Source: Balanoglossus misakiensis
Taxonomy: Eukaryota; Animalia; Hemichordata
Reading direction: 5' to 3'
Assembly (NCBI GenBank): GCA_040954595.2
Contig: CM082577.2
Coordinates: forward strand, 16,251,903 to 16,315,902
Length of the DNA stretch: 64,000 bases
Part shown: positions 1 to 13,696 of the stretch, piece after piece
Position numbering within the stretch: position 1 is the first letter of the stretch
Layout: each line of letters starts with the position of its first letter
Notes under the pieces: model-generated
Database searches by the model: none
Told to the model about the DNA's origin: nothing
The model's input: only the letters and a program-made list of their open reading frames with translations
Program-made: the position numbers and the translations under genes

Positions 1-848
1 TCACGGGATTCGGGGTATGTGGTCACCTAACCTATGTCTATCAAGTTTGCGAAGTGCACTGCGATTGGTCGATCATTATGGCGGCCATGTTGGATTATCG
101 GAAAACCATTGAAAAATGAAAATTCCGTTTTGTAGCCAAAATGTTGACAGCACGGAAATTCTTTTTTTGGATATGAGTCATCATATGACCGGAAGTTGTC
201 ACAATTTTTCAGGGCAATTTTCACATGACCTTTGACCCAGTTTTAAAACAACTAATTATATATGCATATTCCCCATACCTCCTCTTGTCAAAGCACCACA
301 CTCATGAATTTTGTGGACATGGGTACCAATGCTGCCAGGACATGACACAAATATTTTGGTAATTTTGGCAATGACCCTTGACCTTTTTCTGAAACATCAT
401 TTTTCTGCATATCTAATTCCAGGCTAACCAATAGGGCTAGAGGTCTGGTTTTAGTTGGACATGCCCACTCTGTGGTCAAAATTTTATGCCCAAATTTTGG
501 GTGACCTTGGATGACCTTTGATGTACATTGCCATATCTCAGCATCCACAGCAATTAGAGTCCTGGCTTTTGGGGGGGGGCGGTGGAGCACATACATGTAT
601 GGAGTCTTACACAAGACCTCATTAATTATGCACATACCTAATTCTAGGCGAACCAATAGAGCTAGGGGTCTGGTTTTTGTTGGATCTAGGCTAGTATGGG
701 GTCCATTTTTTGCCCAATTTTGGGGTGACCTCAGGTGACCTTTGACCTACTTTCCCATATCTTGGTATCCCCAGCATATACAGCCATGGCGTTTGCTGGT
801 CACCATGGGAACCTGCTTGTGCCCCGCCAACGCTGCTTGCAGCTTTAA
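1..848 (-). repeat. Non-autonomous interspersed repeat (hairpin-ended family, Helentron/HINE- or Crypton-like), partial, runs off the window start
   Basis: Reverse complement of the 60278-61740 family. 617-680 matches ~60730-60790, and the terminus GCTGCTTGCAGCTTTAA corresponds to TTAAAGCTGCGAGCAGC at 60278. Confidence 0.7.
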
Positions 849-2384
849 CCCTTAGAATGCCATAGACTTTTATGCACTGCTACTCCCCATTGCCAAGATA
901 TTTTCAGAACATACCAAAGATATGTTTCATCTATTTGAACTGACTATAGTTCTCTGTCTGTTTGAAAAAACTCTGTAAACCCTATATGAATTTCCATCTA
1001 CATAAAACGGAGAAGCCAACAGTTATATTGATGTCAATGTTATGTCACCTAAAATCTGTAAAAATGGGCTAAAACATCCATTTTTGGTCAAAAAATTTAT
1101 GAAAATATTTATTAGGCTGTAAAATTTAAACAAATTGTCGAATTGCTGTCAAACTTGCAGAACATTTTAAGAATGTGCATCTTCATATTTTGAAGTCATC
1201 ATTTTGTTTATTTTATTTTGGTAAACATAAACAAACAATAAACAAACGTACATTTGCATATGTAAATAAAAATATTTTACTATTGACCTTTACTGAAATG
1301 ATTCAATACATGTAGATCAAAAACAAAAGTTATCAACAAAATAATAAAAAAAAAATGGCAAAACAACATCATTGCAATACTCAGGGAAAAAAACAGATAT
1401 ACCACATCTTTGCTTCATTTCAAATAAATTGTGTGTCAACTTACAAATAACAACTAAGTCTAACCACTGTCACTACCCCATATCGCATGCGGGTAAATGC
1501 ATGTGCAACTATATCAATTTGTACTGAAGAGTATTTTCAACAGAAGAATATCTTAGCAGAGTTTTTTGTAAGTGTTTTTGAGAAAGCGGACAGTGAAATT
1601 CATGATACTCTCATCCACAAGAATAAAAATGAGATCAGCGATATGCCGTGAAATTTGTTTACCGTAACCGTCAAAATCATGTATCGGCCGACATACAAAC
1701 TTACATGCAAAAAGGCCGGCCTCGATCGTCTGGATAAGAGATCAAACATTAAAAAAACACACCAAATTTTACTTTCAGTAGGTGATATCATGTGCCATTT
1801 GACCATTTTGGTGTAGTTGGCAAAAATTACGTAGCTTTTTGAACTCTTATGACAGTTTCTGCTGCTCCGATCTGCACTGTCTCTTGACCTCGTCTCGTGA
1901 CCTTATGACCTACTTCAAAACTTACACTCGATCTATATTTACATCATATTTTTCACAAAACTTTTGTCAAAAAATCACCAAATCTTTTCTTTTATCATTA
2001 TCTGAAAATATTTTGGGGACAAAATAACATGTTTACTATTCCTTTATTTCAAAACACTTTGCCTAGTATCGCGAGGATGGCCAGCCGTTGGGATCATGAC
2101 CTTTGCGTTCCATTCATAAAGTTTGCCAACGTAGAAAAGTTCGCATAAATTAACCCAAATTTCTATTTAGGGAACGGATGATGTAATGATTTAGTCCATA
2201 TATGGTAGAAAACAAGGTTCAAAGGTTATAAGAAGGAAATCTTTGTCAGGTGACTTCAAAATAGCGGGAAATCACATTCTAAACTGAGGGGGGATGAGCG
2301 AGACTTGTGTACGAATATATTCGGGCGTGGCAGTGAGAGTGGGTTGGGCATGTACGAATATATTCGGGCATGGCGTTTCAAGGG
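849..2384. mobile_element. Non-autonomous piggyBac-type element
   Basis: TTAA at 845-848 and 2385-2388. Imperfect TIRs CCCTTAGAATGCCAT / ATGGCGTTTCAAGGG; subterminal direct repeat TGTACGAATATATTCGGGC twice near the right end; no long ORF. Confidence 0.75.
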
Positions 2385-3176
2385 TTAATTGTATATTAGG
2401 ATTGTCTGTATATGTACACCTGATTCTAGGAATTTTGTCCCCCCTACAACTGAGATGGTGTATACATACATGTTTAGTCTACCTGTGACAATTTTTATGA
2501 CTCTTTTTATTTGAGCTGATTAACTAATACTATATGGGTAAAAATATATTTTCTGAATGAATGGACATTTAGAAAGAAAACAAATGTTCCTTTTATGAAT
2601 GTCAGAATTGATTAACTTGTCAAAATATATAAAAGTCAAGTCTCCTTTTTTCTAAAATATCACATTTTAATAATATTGCAGGTTTATGGGACACAGACAA
2701 CAGATGTACACAGACCAAGCCTGAATGAAACTGTGGAGTCAGCAACAGACAAGAGCAACCACAAACTTCTGATTGCTGTTAACGCTATGCAGCCCAGCTC
2801 ATTTGCATAACAATGCACAGTGGAGACCAGAACTTTCCACTCTATTCCGAAAATATTATTCAATGACTGACAGGGATTTCTTTTATTCAATATAACCAAA
2901 CAAGAGCTAAAAAATGACTATAGCAACAAATATTTATACGAAAGCTAAAAAAAATATGCTTTCAAATGATGCTAAAATGAAAATGAAAGCAAATAAATTC
3001 AATTACACTTTACCTGTATGAACATGTTAGAATACTGTTGGGGGCGAATTTTAAACACTTTTCAGTTTCAACAACTTCGAATAAAACATAATTATAAAAC
3101 GTATATATAGTCTGGTTTTCCTATTTACAATCCATTAGTTCCTTTACACTTTACTGTAGACACACAGTCACTGGCA

Positions 3177-4766
3177 TTAATATCCGGTGCCAGTCAACTG
3201 AATGGCGTGGTACCTGACAAAGCAGTCAACTTTACACAGAGCCACCTTACACTTGGCACACATCCACGATGTCTGTATTCCTCTTCCAGACTTTGCTCTC
3301 TTTCCCAGTTGAGCACATAGCACACAGTTCTTCTTGCCTCTGGCATTCTCCAGCCGCACCAGGTTATGGCTTGGTAGGTTTTCCGCGGAGATCGATGCTG
3401 GCAGAAGAACCGGAACAGCCGGCGGAGGACCAGGTCGTTTCCTGCCACTGAATCCTGCTACCAACTGCTTTGCAAGGTCAAGGCGGAAATCTTTTTGCCG
3501 GTATCGTTGCTTTGGGGATGGTGTATTAGCAACTTTATACATGATCCAAGCATTACAAATAGCTCTATTCATGATGGACCAGAATAGATATTTCCAGTAT
3601 TTGTAATGCTTGCCGCTGAGTGGATAATAAGTTGCCAGTTGATCAGACAGATCCACTCCTCCCATGAACCGGTTGTACTGGATGACACTCTTCGGGCAGG
3701 AAATTTCTCCACCTCTCTCCGCCTCACAATGGTTGACTCTGGTTGTGATGATGTTGACAGAGTATTCACTGTGCGCTTGTCAACCCATGACGTCGCAACC
3801 AACTTCCCAAACTGGCGAACTGCTGACTGGTTCATGCCCAGCTTGACGTTGCGGAGGTCCGCGGGGAAACCCACTCTGTTCGGCCGAATAGTGCCACAGC
3901 AAAATGTCCCCTCCCCGAGTAAATCCAAAGCCAGTCTGGCTGAACTAAAAAAATTATCAAAGAATAAAATATGTCCCATGTTATGGTACATGTGGGAAAG
4001 ATTCCACACCACGGAATATCCCAGCCCTTTCTGTACTACCTGTCCGTCCTTCTTTCCCGTATATGGGGCAAGGTTGAGGCAGTAGCCGGTACGGGGGCAG
4101 GCAATCATCCAGAGCTTGAATCCCCACTTGACTGGTTTTGCCGGCATGTATTGTATCATGTAGCTGTGCCCTTTGAATCTGACCATGGCCTCGTCAATTG
4201 ACAGCTCTCGAAAAGGCACATAATTAGCAGGAAACGACAGGTGAATGATGTCTAACAGCGGCCGGATTTTAAACATACGATCGCGATCGGGGTCATCACG
4301 GGGCAAATCAAGATCATTATTATTTACATGAAGGTACTGGCATAGTTTCTTATATCTGTTCTTTGGCATGATCTTTGCAATTCCTGGTACCTGCAATCTG
4401 TCATCAGTGGACCAATAATCATTAACCTCCAGCAAAGAGTGAATTTCCATCAAAATATTCACAGCAATAAAAGCCCGTATTTCGTCCGGCTTCTTTTCAT
4501 ACCAATACTTATCTGTTCCACGGACTTGTTGACATTGTGCAGCATACCGGTTCGTCTCGTCGGCAAGTTGTTGCATGAAGTATTGGGGAATCAACTGCAC
4601 TGGCTGCACACCCACTTCTAAACAGTGGTTCGGACCAGATTCCAGAAACGGAGGCAAATCAAAACCCTCGAGGTCCGAGGACCAGGGGATGTTGCGTAAA
4701 TCGTCCGGTACTTCCGGTTGCAATTCATCGGCGGCCGTCTCAAAATTCAAAACTTCACGCAAGGGC
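3177..4766 (-). pseudogene. piggyBac transposase (DDE_Tnp_1_7, PGBD4-like), central and C-terminal part, frameshifted
   Basis: Catalytic motifs SIDEAM, FFDNFF and MGGVDLSDQ; also YMPAKPVKWGFK and GTIRPNR; C-terminal Cys-rich domain CVLC...CAKCKVALC...CFVRYH. A frameshift near 3705-3720 joins ORF 3569-4867 to ORF 3177-3665 (ISCPKSVIQYNRFMGG lies in the second frame). Confidence 0.93.
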
Positions 4767-4828
4767 TTACCCAGACCCCCCTGCTTCTTCCGTTGGGCAC
4801 TCCAGAAAGAGGGTCTGGGGAAACCCCA

Positions 4829-5079
4829 TAGACAAATCTCCGGGCAAAGATGGCCGACTCGGGACAAAAGCGATGCATGATGGTTGCAAACTCGAACACT
4901 AAAAATACATGCTGAGACGTGCTGGACCTGCTAAAACTGTCTACAAATTGAAAAGAGAAAGAGAAGTTTGGTAAATAGTTTTCTAATATCGTCATATCAT
5001 AATATCGTATGTCATAAATGTTGACCATCATGCATCGCTTTTGTCCCGAGTCGGCCATCTTTGCCCGGAGATTTGTCTA
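4829..5079. mobile_element. MITE with 56-bp TIRs inserted within the left TIR of the 17.8-kb element
   Basis: TAGACAAATCTCCGGGCAAAGATGGCCGACTCGGGACAAAAGCGATGCATGATGGT (4829-4884) is exactly inverted at 5024-5079. The host TIR resumes after it; possible CC 2-bp TSD. Confidence 0.88.
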
Positions 5080-5834
5080 CCGGTGTCACATTTTATTTTA
5101 TCCGGCTGCGCAGAACACGCCCCTTTTGCATGCGCAGTCGTCCCTGCTCGTCAGCGGTCAATTAGCTGTAGAATTTATTCCGGGTAGGCATAAATCTCCG
5201 AAAATACCATGATATCGTGACTATTTTTTATAAAATATCGCTTATTTTATACAAAAGGACTTCTCATCTAAACGAAATTGTACAAAGAGGGTTCTTTAGA
5301 AGGCGGTATCGTGTAAATTTTTTCAATTTTCTCGATGCTGTGTTGACGTCCTCAGATGACTTGACCACGCCTGAACTAAAGACAGTGTAAACATTCACAA
5401 TAACATGTGTTTGTTTCGCTTGTCTGCTCGATAGATCGCGGATTTTGCGTGCACCGTTGTCGTTTTCGGGACAGTTTTCCGACAGCTTTTTGCTGATCTA
5501 CACTCGACTGTTACGTGGAACTCGGTGTATAGCTGACAGGCAAGGTGTAAATGACTGATTCAATCAATTATAAATAACTGCGCCGATATGGGTGACATAC
5601 TACGATCGGATAATTGGATAAACGGCGTCAACTTAAAGGTGAGTTTACAGACAAATACGGTAATTTATACTACTATAGTTTCCATTGCACCATTTATATG
5701 ATGCTTCAATAGTTGGAATGCTTAATAATTTGACAGAAAGACTTTTTTTTATGCGGAAGACAGACTGCACATCGGGTGAACTTGGGGTCGGGATTTTTTT
5801 TCAATAGGCAGTGAAGTGGTGAAAATTCTACTGA

Positions 5835-8800
5835 GGCAGGGGGAAACTTTTCCACAGCTACAAAAAAAAAGACTGAACACGAAGGGTACAGACAGGGGGA
5901 AACTTTTCCACAGCTGCAAAAAAGACTGAACACGAAGGGTACAGGCAGGGGGAAACTTTTCCACAGCTACAAAAAAAAGACTGAACACGAAGGGTACAGA
6001 CAGGGGGAAACTTTTCCACAGCTACAAAAAAGACTGAACACGAAGGGTACAGGCAGGGGGAAACTTTTCCACAGCTGCAAAAAAGACTGAACACGAAGGG
6101 TACAGGCAGGGGGAAACTTTTCCACAGCTGCAAAAAAGACTGAACACGAAGGGAATAAATTCTACAGGCAGGGGGAAACTTTTCCACAGCTACAAAAAAG
6201 ACTGAACACGAAGGGTACAGACAGGGGGAAACTTTTCCACAGCTGCAAAAAAGACTGAACACGAAGGGTACAGGCAGGGGGAAACTTTTCCACAGCTACA
6301 AAAAAGACTGAACACGAAGGGAATAAATTCTACAGGCAGGGGGAAACTTTTCCACAGCTACAAAAAAAAGACTGAACACGAAGGGTACAGACAGGGGGAA
6401 ACTTTTCCACAGCTGCAAAAAAGACTGAACACGAAGGGTACAGGCAGGGGGAAACTTTTCCACAGCTACAAAAAAGACTGAACACGAAGGGTACAGGCAG
6501 GGGGAAACTTTTCCACAGCTGCAAAAAAGACTGAACACGAAGGGTACAGGCAGGGGGAAACTTTTCCACAGCTGCAAAAAAGACTGAACACGAAGGGTAC
6601 AGGCAGGGGGAAACTTTTCCACAGCTACAAAAAAAAAGACTGAACACGAAGGGTACAGACAGGGGGAAACTTTTCCACAGCTACAAAAAAGACTGAACAC
6701 GAAGGGTACAGGCAGGGGGAAACTTTTCCACAGCTGCAAAAAAGACTGAACACGAAGGGTACAGGCAGGGGGAAACTTTTCCACAGCTACAAAAAAGACT
6801 GAACACGAAGGGAATAAATTCTACAGGCAGGGGGAAACTTTTCCACAGCTACAAAAAAAAGACTGAACACGAAGGGTACAGACAGGGGGAAACTTTTCCA
6901 CAGCTGCAAAAAAGACTGAACACGAAGGGTACAGGCAGGGGGAAACTTTTCCACAGCTACAAAAAAGACTGAACACGAAGGGTACAGGCAGGGGGAAACT
7001 TTTCCACAGCTGCAAAAAAGACTGAACACGAAGGGTACAGGCAGGGGGAAACTTTTCCACAGCTGCAAAAAAGACTGAACACGAAGGGTACAGGCAGGGG
7101 GAAACTTTTCCACAGCTACAAAAAAAAAGACTGAACACGAAGGGTACAGACAGGGGGAAACTTTTCCACAGCTACAAAAAAGACTGAACACGAAGGGTAC
7201 AGGCAGGGGGAAACTTTTCCACAGCTGCAAAAAAGACTGAACACGAAGGGTACAGGCAGGGGGAAACTTTTCCACAGCTGCAAAAAAGACTGAACACGAA
7301 GGGTACAGGCAGGGGGAAACTTTTCCACAGCTGCAAAAAAGACTGAACACGAAGGGTACAGGCAGGGGGAAACTTTTCCACAGCTACAAAAAAAAAGACT
7401 GAACACGAAGGGTACAGACAGGGGGAAACTTTTCCACAGCTACAAAAAAGACTGAACACGAAGGGTACAGGCAGGGGGAAACTTTTCCACAGCTGCAAAA
7501 AAGACTGAACACGAAGGGTACAGGCAGGGGGAAACTTTTCCACAGCTACAAAAAAGACTGAACACGAAGGGAATAAATTCTACAGGCAGGGGGAAACTTT
7601 TCCACAGCTACAAAAAAAAGACTGAACACGAAGGGTACAGACAGGGGGAAACTTTTCCACAGCTGCAAAAAAGACTGAACACGAAGGGTACAGGCAGGGG
7701 GAAACTTTTCCACAGCTACAAAAAAGACTGAACACGAAGGGTACAGGCAGGGGGAAACTTTTCCACAGCTGCAAAAAAGACTGAACACGAAGGGTACAGG
7801 CAGGGGGAAACTTTTCCACAGCTGCAAAAAAGACTGAACACGAAGGGTACAGGCAGGGGGAAACTTTTCCACAGCTACAAAAAAAAAGACTGAACACGAA
7901 GGGTACAGACAGGGGGAAACTTTTCCACAGCTACAAAAAAGACTGAACACGAAGGGTACAGGCAGGGGGAAACTTTTCCACAGCTGCAAAAAAGACTGAA
8001 CACGAAGGGTACAGGCAGGGGGAAACTTTTCCACAGCTGCAAAAAAGACTGAACACGAAGGGTACAGGCAGGGGGAAACTTTTCCACAGCTACAAAAAAG
8101 ACTGAACACGAAGGGTACAGGCAGGGGGAAACTTTTCCACAGCTACAAAAAAGACTGAACACGAAGGGTACAGGCAGGGGGAAACTTTTCCACAGCTGCA
8201 AAAAAGACTGAACACGAAGGGTACAGGCAGGGGGAAACTTTTCCACAGCTGCAAAAAAGACTGAACACGAAGGGAATAAATTCTACAGGCAGGGGGAAAC
8301 TTTTCCACAGCTACAAAAAAGACTGAACACGAAGGGAATAAATTCTACAGGCAGGGGGAAACTTTTCCACAGCTACAAAAAAGACTGAACACGAAGGGAA
8401 TAAATTCTACAGGCAGGGGGAAACTTTTCCACAGCTGCAAAAAAGACTGAACACGAAGGGTACAGGCAGGGGGAAACTTTTCCACAGCTGCAAAAAAGAC
8501 TGAACACGAAGGGTACAGGCAGGGGGAAACTTTTCCACAGCTTCAAAAAAGACTGAACACGAAGGGAATAAATTCTACAGGCAGGGGGAAACTTTTCCAC
8601 AGCTACAAAAAAGACTGAACACGAAGGGAATAAATTCTACAGGCAGGGGGAAACTTTTCCACAGCTACAAAAAAGACTGAACACGAAGGGAATAAATTCT
8701 ACAGGCAGGGGGAAACTTTTCCACAGCTGCAAAAAAGACTGAACACGAAGGGTACAGGCAGGGGGAAACTTTTCCACAGCTGCAAAAAAGACTGAACACG

Positions 8801-11800
8801 AAGGGTACAGGCAGGGGGAAACTTTTCCACAGCTTCAAAAAAGACTGAACACGAAGGGAATAAATTCTACAGGCAGGGGGAAACTTTTCCACAGCTGCAA
8901 AAAAGACTGAACACGAAGGGTACAGGCAGGGGGAAACTTTTCCACAGCTACAAAAAAGACTGAACACGAAGGGTACAGGCAGGGGGAAACTTTTCCACAG
9001 CTTCAAAAAAGACTGAACACGAAGGGAATAAATTCTACAGGCAGGGGGAAACTTTTCCACAGCTGCAAAAAAGACTGAACACGAAGGGTACAGGCAGGGG
9101 GAAACTTTTCCACAGCTGCAAAAAAGACTGAACACGAAGGGTACAGGCAGGGGGAAACTTTTCCACAGCTACAAAAAAGACTGAACACGAAGGGTACAGG
9201 CAGGGGGAAACTTTTCCACAGCTACAAAAAAGACTGAACACGAAGGGTACAGGCAGGGGGAAACTTTTCCACAGCTGCAAAAAAGACTGAACACGAAGGG
9301 TACAGGCAGGGGGAAACTTTTCCACAGCTGCAAAAAAGACTGAACACGAAGGGAATAAATTCTACAGGCAGGGGGAAACTTTTCCACAGCTACAAAAAAG
9401 ACTGAACACGAAGGGAATAAATTCTACAGGCAGGGGGAAACTTTTCCACAGCTACAAAAAAGACTGAATACGAAGGGAATAAATTCTACAGGCAGGGGGA
9501 AACTTTTCCACAGCTGCAAAAAAGACTGAACACGAAGGGTACAGGCAGGGGGAAACTTTTCCACAGCTGCAAAAAAGACTGAACACGAAGGGTACAGGCA
9601 GGGGGAAACTTTTCCACAGCTTCAAAAAAGACTGAACACGAAGGGAATAAATTCTACAGGCAGGGGGAAACTTTTCCACAGCTACAAAAAAGACTGAACA
9701 CGAAGGGAATAAATTCTACAGGCAGGGGGAAACTTTTCCACAGCTACAAAAAAGACTGAACACGAAGGGAATAAATTCTACAGGCAGGGGGAAACTTTTC
9801 CACAGCTGCAAAAAAGACTGAACACGAAGGGTACAGGCAGGGGGAAACTTTTCCACAGCTGCAAAAAAGACTGAACACGAAGGGTACAGGCAGGGGGAAA
9901 CTTTTCCACAGCTTCAAAAAAGACTGAACACGAAGGGAATAAATTCTACAGGCAGGGGGAAACTTTTCCACAGCTGCAAAAAAGACTGAACACGAAGGGT
10001 ACAGGCAGGGGGAAACTTTTCCACAGCTACAAAAAAGACTGAACACGAAGGGTACAGGCAGGGGGAAACTTTTCCACAGCTTCAAAAAAGACTGAACACG
10101 AAGGGAATAAATTCTACAGGCAGGGGGAAACTTTTCCACAGCTGCAAAAAAGACTGAACACGAAGGGTACAGGCAGGGGGAAACTTTTCCACAGCTACAA
10201 AAAAGACTGAACACGAAGGGTACAGGCAGGGGGAAACTTTTCCACAGCTTCAAAAAAGACTGAACACGAAGGGAATAAATTCTACAGGCAGGGGGAAACT
10301 TTTCCACAGCTACAAAAAAGACTGAACACGAAGGGTACAGGCAGGGGGAAACTTTTCCACAGCTTCAAAAAAGACTGAACACGAAGGGAATAAATTCTAC
10401 AGGCAGGGGGAAACTTTTCCACAGCTACAAAAAAGACTGAACACGAAGGGAATAAATTCTACAGGCAGGGGGAAACTTTTCCACAGCTGCAAAAAAGACT
10501 GAACACGAAGGGTACAGGCAGGGGGAAACTTTTCCACAGCTGCAAAAAAGACTGAACACGAAGGGTACAGGCAGGGGGAAACTTTTCCACAGCTACAAAA
10601 AAGACTGAACACGAAGGGAATAAATTCTACAGGCAGGGGGAAACTTTTCCACAGCTGCAAAAAAGACTGAACACGAAGGGTACAGGCAGGGGGAAACTTT
10701 TCCACAGCTACAAAAAAGACTGAACACGAAGGGTACAGGCAGGGGGAAACTTTTCCACAGCTTCAAAAAAGACTGAACACGAAGGGAATAAATTCTACAG
10801 GCAGGGGGAAACTTTTTCACAGCTGCAAAAAAGACTGAACACGAAGGGAATAAATTCTACAGGCAGGGGGAAACTTTTCCACAGCTACAAAAAAGACTGA
10901 ACACGAAGGGAATAAATTCTACAGGCAGGGGGAAAGTTTTCCACAGCTACAAAAAAGACTGAACACGAAGGGTACAGGCAGGGGGAAACTTTTCCACAGC
11001 TGCAAAAAAGACTGAACACGAAGGGAATAAATTCTACAGGCAGGGGGAAACTTTTCCACAGCTACAAAAAAGACTGAACACGAAGGGTACAGGCAGGGGG
11101 AAACTTTTTCACAGCTGCAAAAAAGACTGAACACGAAGGGAATAAATTCTACAGGCAGGGGGAAACTTTTCCACAGCTACAAAAAAGACTGAACACGAAG
11201 GGAATAAATTCTACAGGCAGGGGGAAACTTTTCCACAGCTGCAAAAAAGACTGAACACGAAGGGTACAGGCAGGGGGAAACTTTTCCACAGCTGCAAAAA
11301 AGACTGAACACGAAGGGAATAAATTCTACAGGCAGGGGGAAACTTTTCCACAGCTACAAAAAAGACTGAACACGAAGGGAATAAATTCTACAGGCAGGGG
11401 GAAACTTTTCCACAGCTACAAAAAAGACTGAACACGAAGGGAATAAATTCTACAGGCAGGGGGAAACTTTTCCACAGCTACAAAAAAAGACTGAACACGA
11501 AGGGAATAAATTCTACAGGCAGGGGGAAAGTTTTCCACAGCTACAAAAAAGACTGAACACGAAGGGAATAAATTCTACAGGCAGGGGGAAACTTTTCCAC
11601 AGCTACAAAAAAAGACTGAACACGAAGGGAATAAATTCTACAGGCAGGGGGAAAGTTTTCCACAGCTACAAAAAAGACTGAACACGAAGGGAATAAATTC
11701 TACAGGCAGGGGGAAAGTTTTCCACAGCTACAAAAAAGATTGAACACGAAGGGAATAAATTCTACAGGCAGGGGGAAACTTTTCCACAGCTACAAAAAAG

Positions 11801-13696
11801 ACTGAACACGAAGGGAATAAATTCTACAGGCAGGGGGAAACTTTTCCACAGCTACAAAAAAGACTGAACACGAAGGGAATAAATTCTACAGGCAGGGGGA
11901 AACTTTTCCACAGCTGCAAAAAAGACTGAACACGAAGGGTACAGGCAGGGGGAAACTTTTCCACAGCTGCAAAAAAGACTGAACACGAAGGGTACAGGCA
12001 GGGGGAAACTTTTCCACAGCTTCAAAAAAGACTGAACACGAAGGGAATAAATTCTACAGGCAGGGGGAAACTTTTCCACAGCTACAAAAAAGACTGAACA
12101 CGAAGGGAATAAATTCTACAGGCAGGGGGAAACTTTTCCACAGCTACAAAAAAGACTGAACACGAAGGGAATAAATTCTACAGGCAGGGGGAAACTTTTC
12201 CACAGCTGCAAAAAAGACTGAACACGAAGGGAATAAATTCTACAGGCAGGGGGAAACTTTTCCACAGCTACAAAAAAGACTGAACACGAAGGGTACAGGC
12301 AGGGGGAAACTTTTTCACAGCTGCAAAAAAGACTGAACACGAAGGGAATAAATTCTACAGGCAGGGGGAAACTTTTCCACAGCTGCAAAAAAGACTGAAC
12401 ACGAAGGGTACAGGCAGGGGGAAACTTTTCCACAGCTGCAAAAAAGACTGAACACGAAGGGTACAGGCAGGGGGAAACTTTTCCACAGCTACAAAAAAGA
12501 CTGAACACGAAGGGAATAAATTCTACAGGCAGGGGGAAACTTTTCCACAGCTACAAAAAAGACTGAACACGAAGGGAATAAATTCTACAGGCAGGGGGAA
12601 ACTTTTCCACAGCTACAAAAAAAGACTGAACACGAAGGGTACAGGCAGGGGGAAACTTTTCCACAGCTGCAAAAAAGACTGAACACGAAGGGAATAAATT
12701 CTACAGGCAGGGGGAAACTTTTCCACAGCTACAAAAAAGACTGAACACGAAGGGAATAAATTCTACAGGCAGGGGGAAACTTTTCCACAGCTACAAAAAA
12801 AGACTGAACACGAAGGGAATAAATTCTACAGGCAGGGGGAAAGTTTTCCACAGCTACAAAAAAGACTGAACACGAAGGGAATAAATTCTACAGGCAGGGG
12901 GAAACTTTTCCACAGCTACAAAAAAAGACTGAACACGAAGGGAATAAATTCTACAGGCAGGGGGAAAGTTTTCCACAGCTACAAAAAAGACTGAACACGA
13001 AGGGAATAAATTCTACAGGCAGGGGGAAAGTTTTCCACAGCTACAAAAAAGACTGAACACGAAGGGAATAAATTCTACAGGCAGGGGGAAAGTTTTCCAC
13101 AGCTACAAAAAAGACTGAACACGAAGGGAATAAATTCTACAGGCAGGGGGAAAGTTTTCCACAGCTGCAAAAAAGACTGAACACAAAGGGAATAAATTCT
13201 ACAGGCAGGGGGAAACTTTTCCACAGCTACAAAAAAGACTGAACACGAAGGGAATAAATTCTACAGGCAGGGGGAAAGTTTTCCACAGCTACAAAAAAGA
13301 CTGAACACGAAGGGAATAAATTCTACAGGCAGGGGGAAAGTTTTCCACAGCTACAAAAAAAGACTGAACACGAAGGGTACAGGCAGGGGGAAAGTTTTCC
13401 ACAGCTACAAAAAAGACTGAACACGAAGGGTACAGGCAGGGGGAAAGTTTTCCACAGCTACAAAAAAGACTGAACACGAAGGGAATAAATTCTACAGGCA
13501 GGGGGAAACTTTTCCACAGCTACAAAAAAGACTGAACACAAAGGGTACAGACAGGGGGAAAGTTTTCCACAGCTACAACAAAAGACTGAACACGAAGGGT
13601 ACAGGCAGGGGGAAAGTTTTCCACAGCTACAAAAAAGACTGAACACGAAGGGAATAAATTCTACAGGCAGGGGGGAAACTTTTCCACAGCTACAAA
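5835..13696. repeat. Tandem array of ~140 units; 53-bp unit plus a 62-bp variant
   Basis: Unit GCT(A/G/T)CAAAAAAGACTGAACACGAAGGG[AATAAATTC]TACAGGCAGGGGGAAACTTTTCCACA, highly homogeneous. Unit number is estimated from length. Confidence 0.98.

Noticed and set aside
4767-4867. N-terminus of the 432-aa piggyBac ORF
   Set aside because: It is read-through from the inserted TIR and MITE; the true N-terminus is at 22681.
5084-5090. TGTCACA as a canonical Ginger terminus
   Set aside because: It aligns with the degenerate inner TIR continuation (TCTCATG at the other end), and no matching ACA end or TSD was found.
5835-13696. CRISPR array, or repetitive protein gene from the many minus-strand ORFs
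   Set aside because: No unique spacers and no cas genes; eukaryotic context. The ORFs are frame-shifting translations of a 53/62-bp unit.
5835-13696. Hammerhead ribozyme (retrozyme) satellite
   Set aside because: CTGAACA does not fit the CTGANGA core, and the required stems are not evident.
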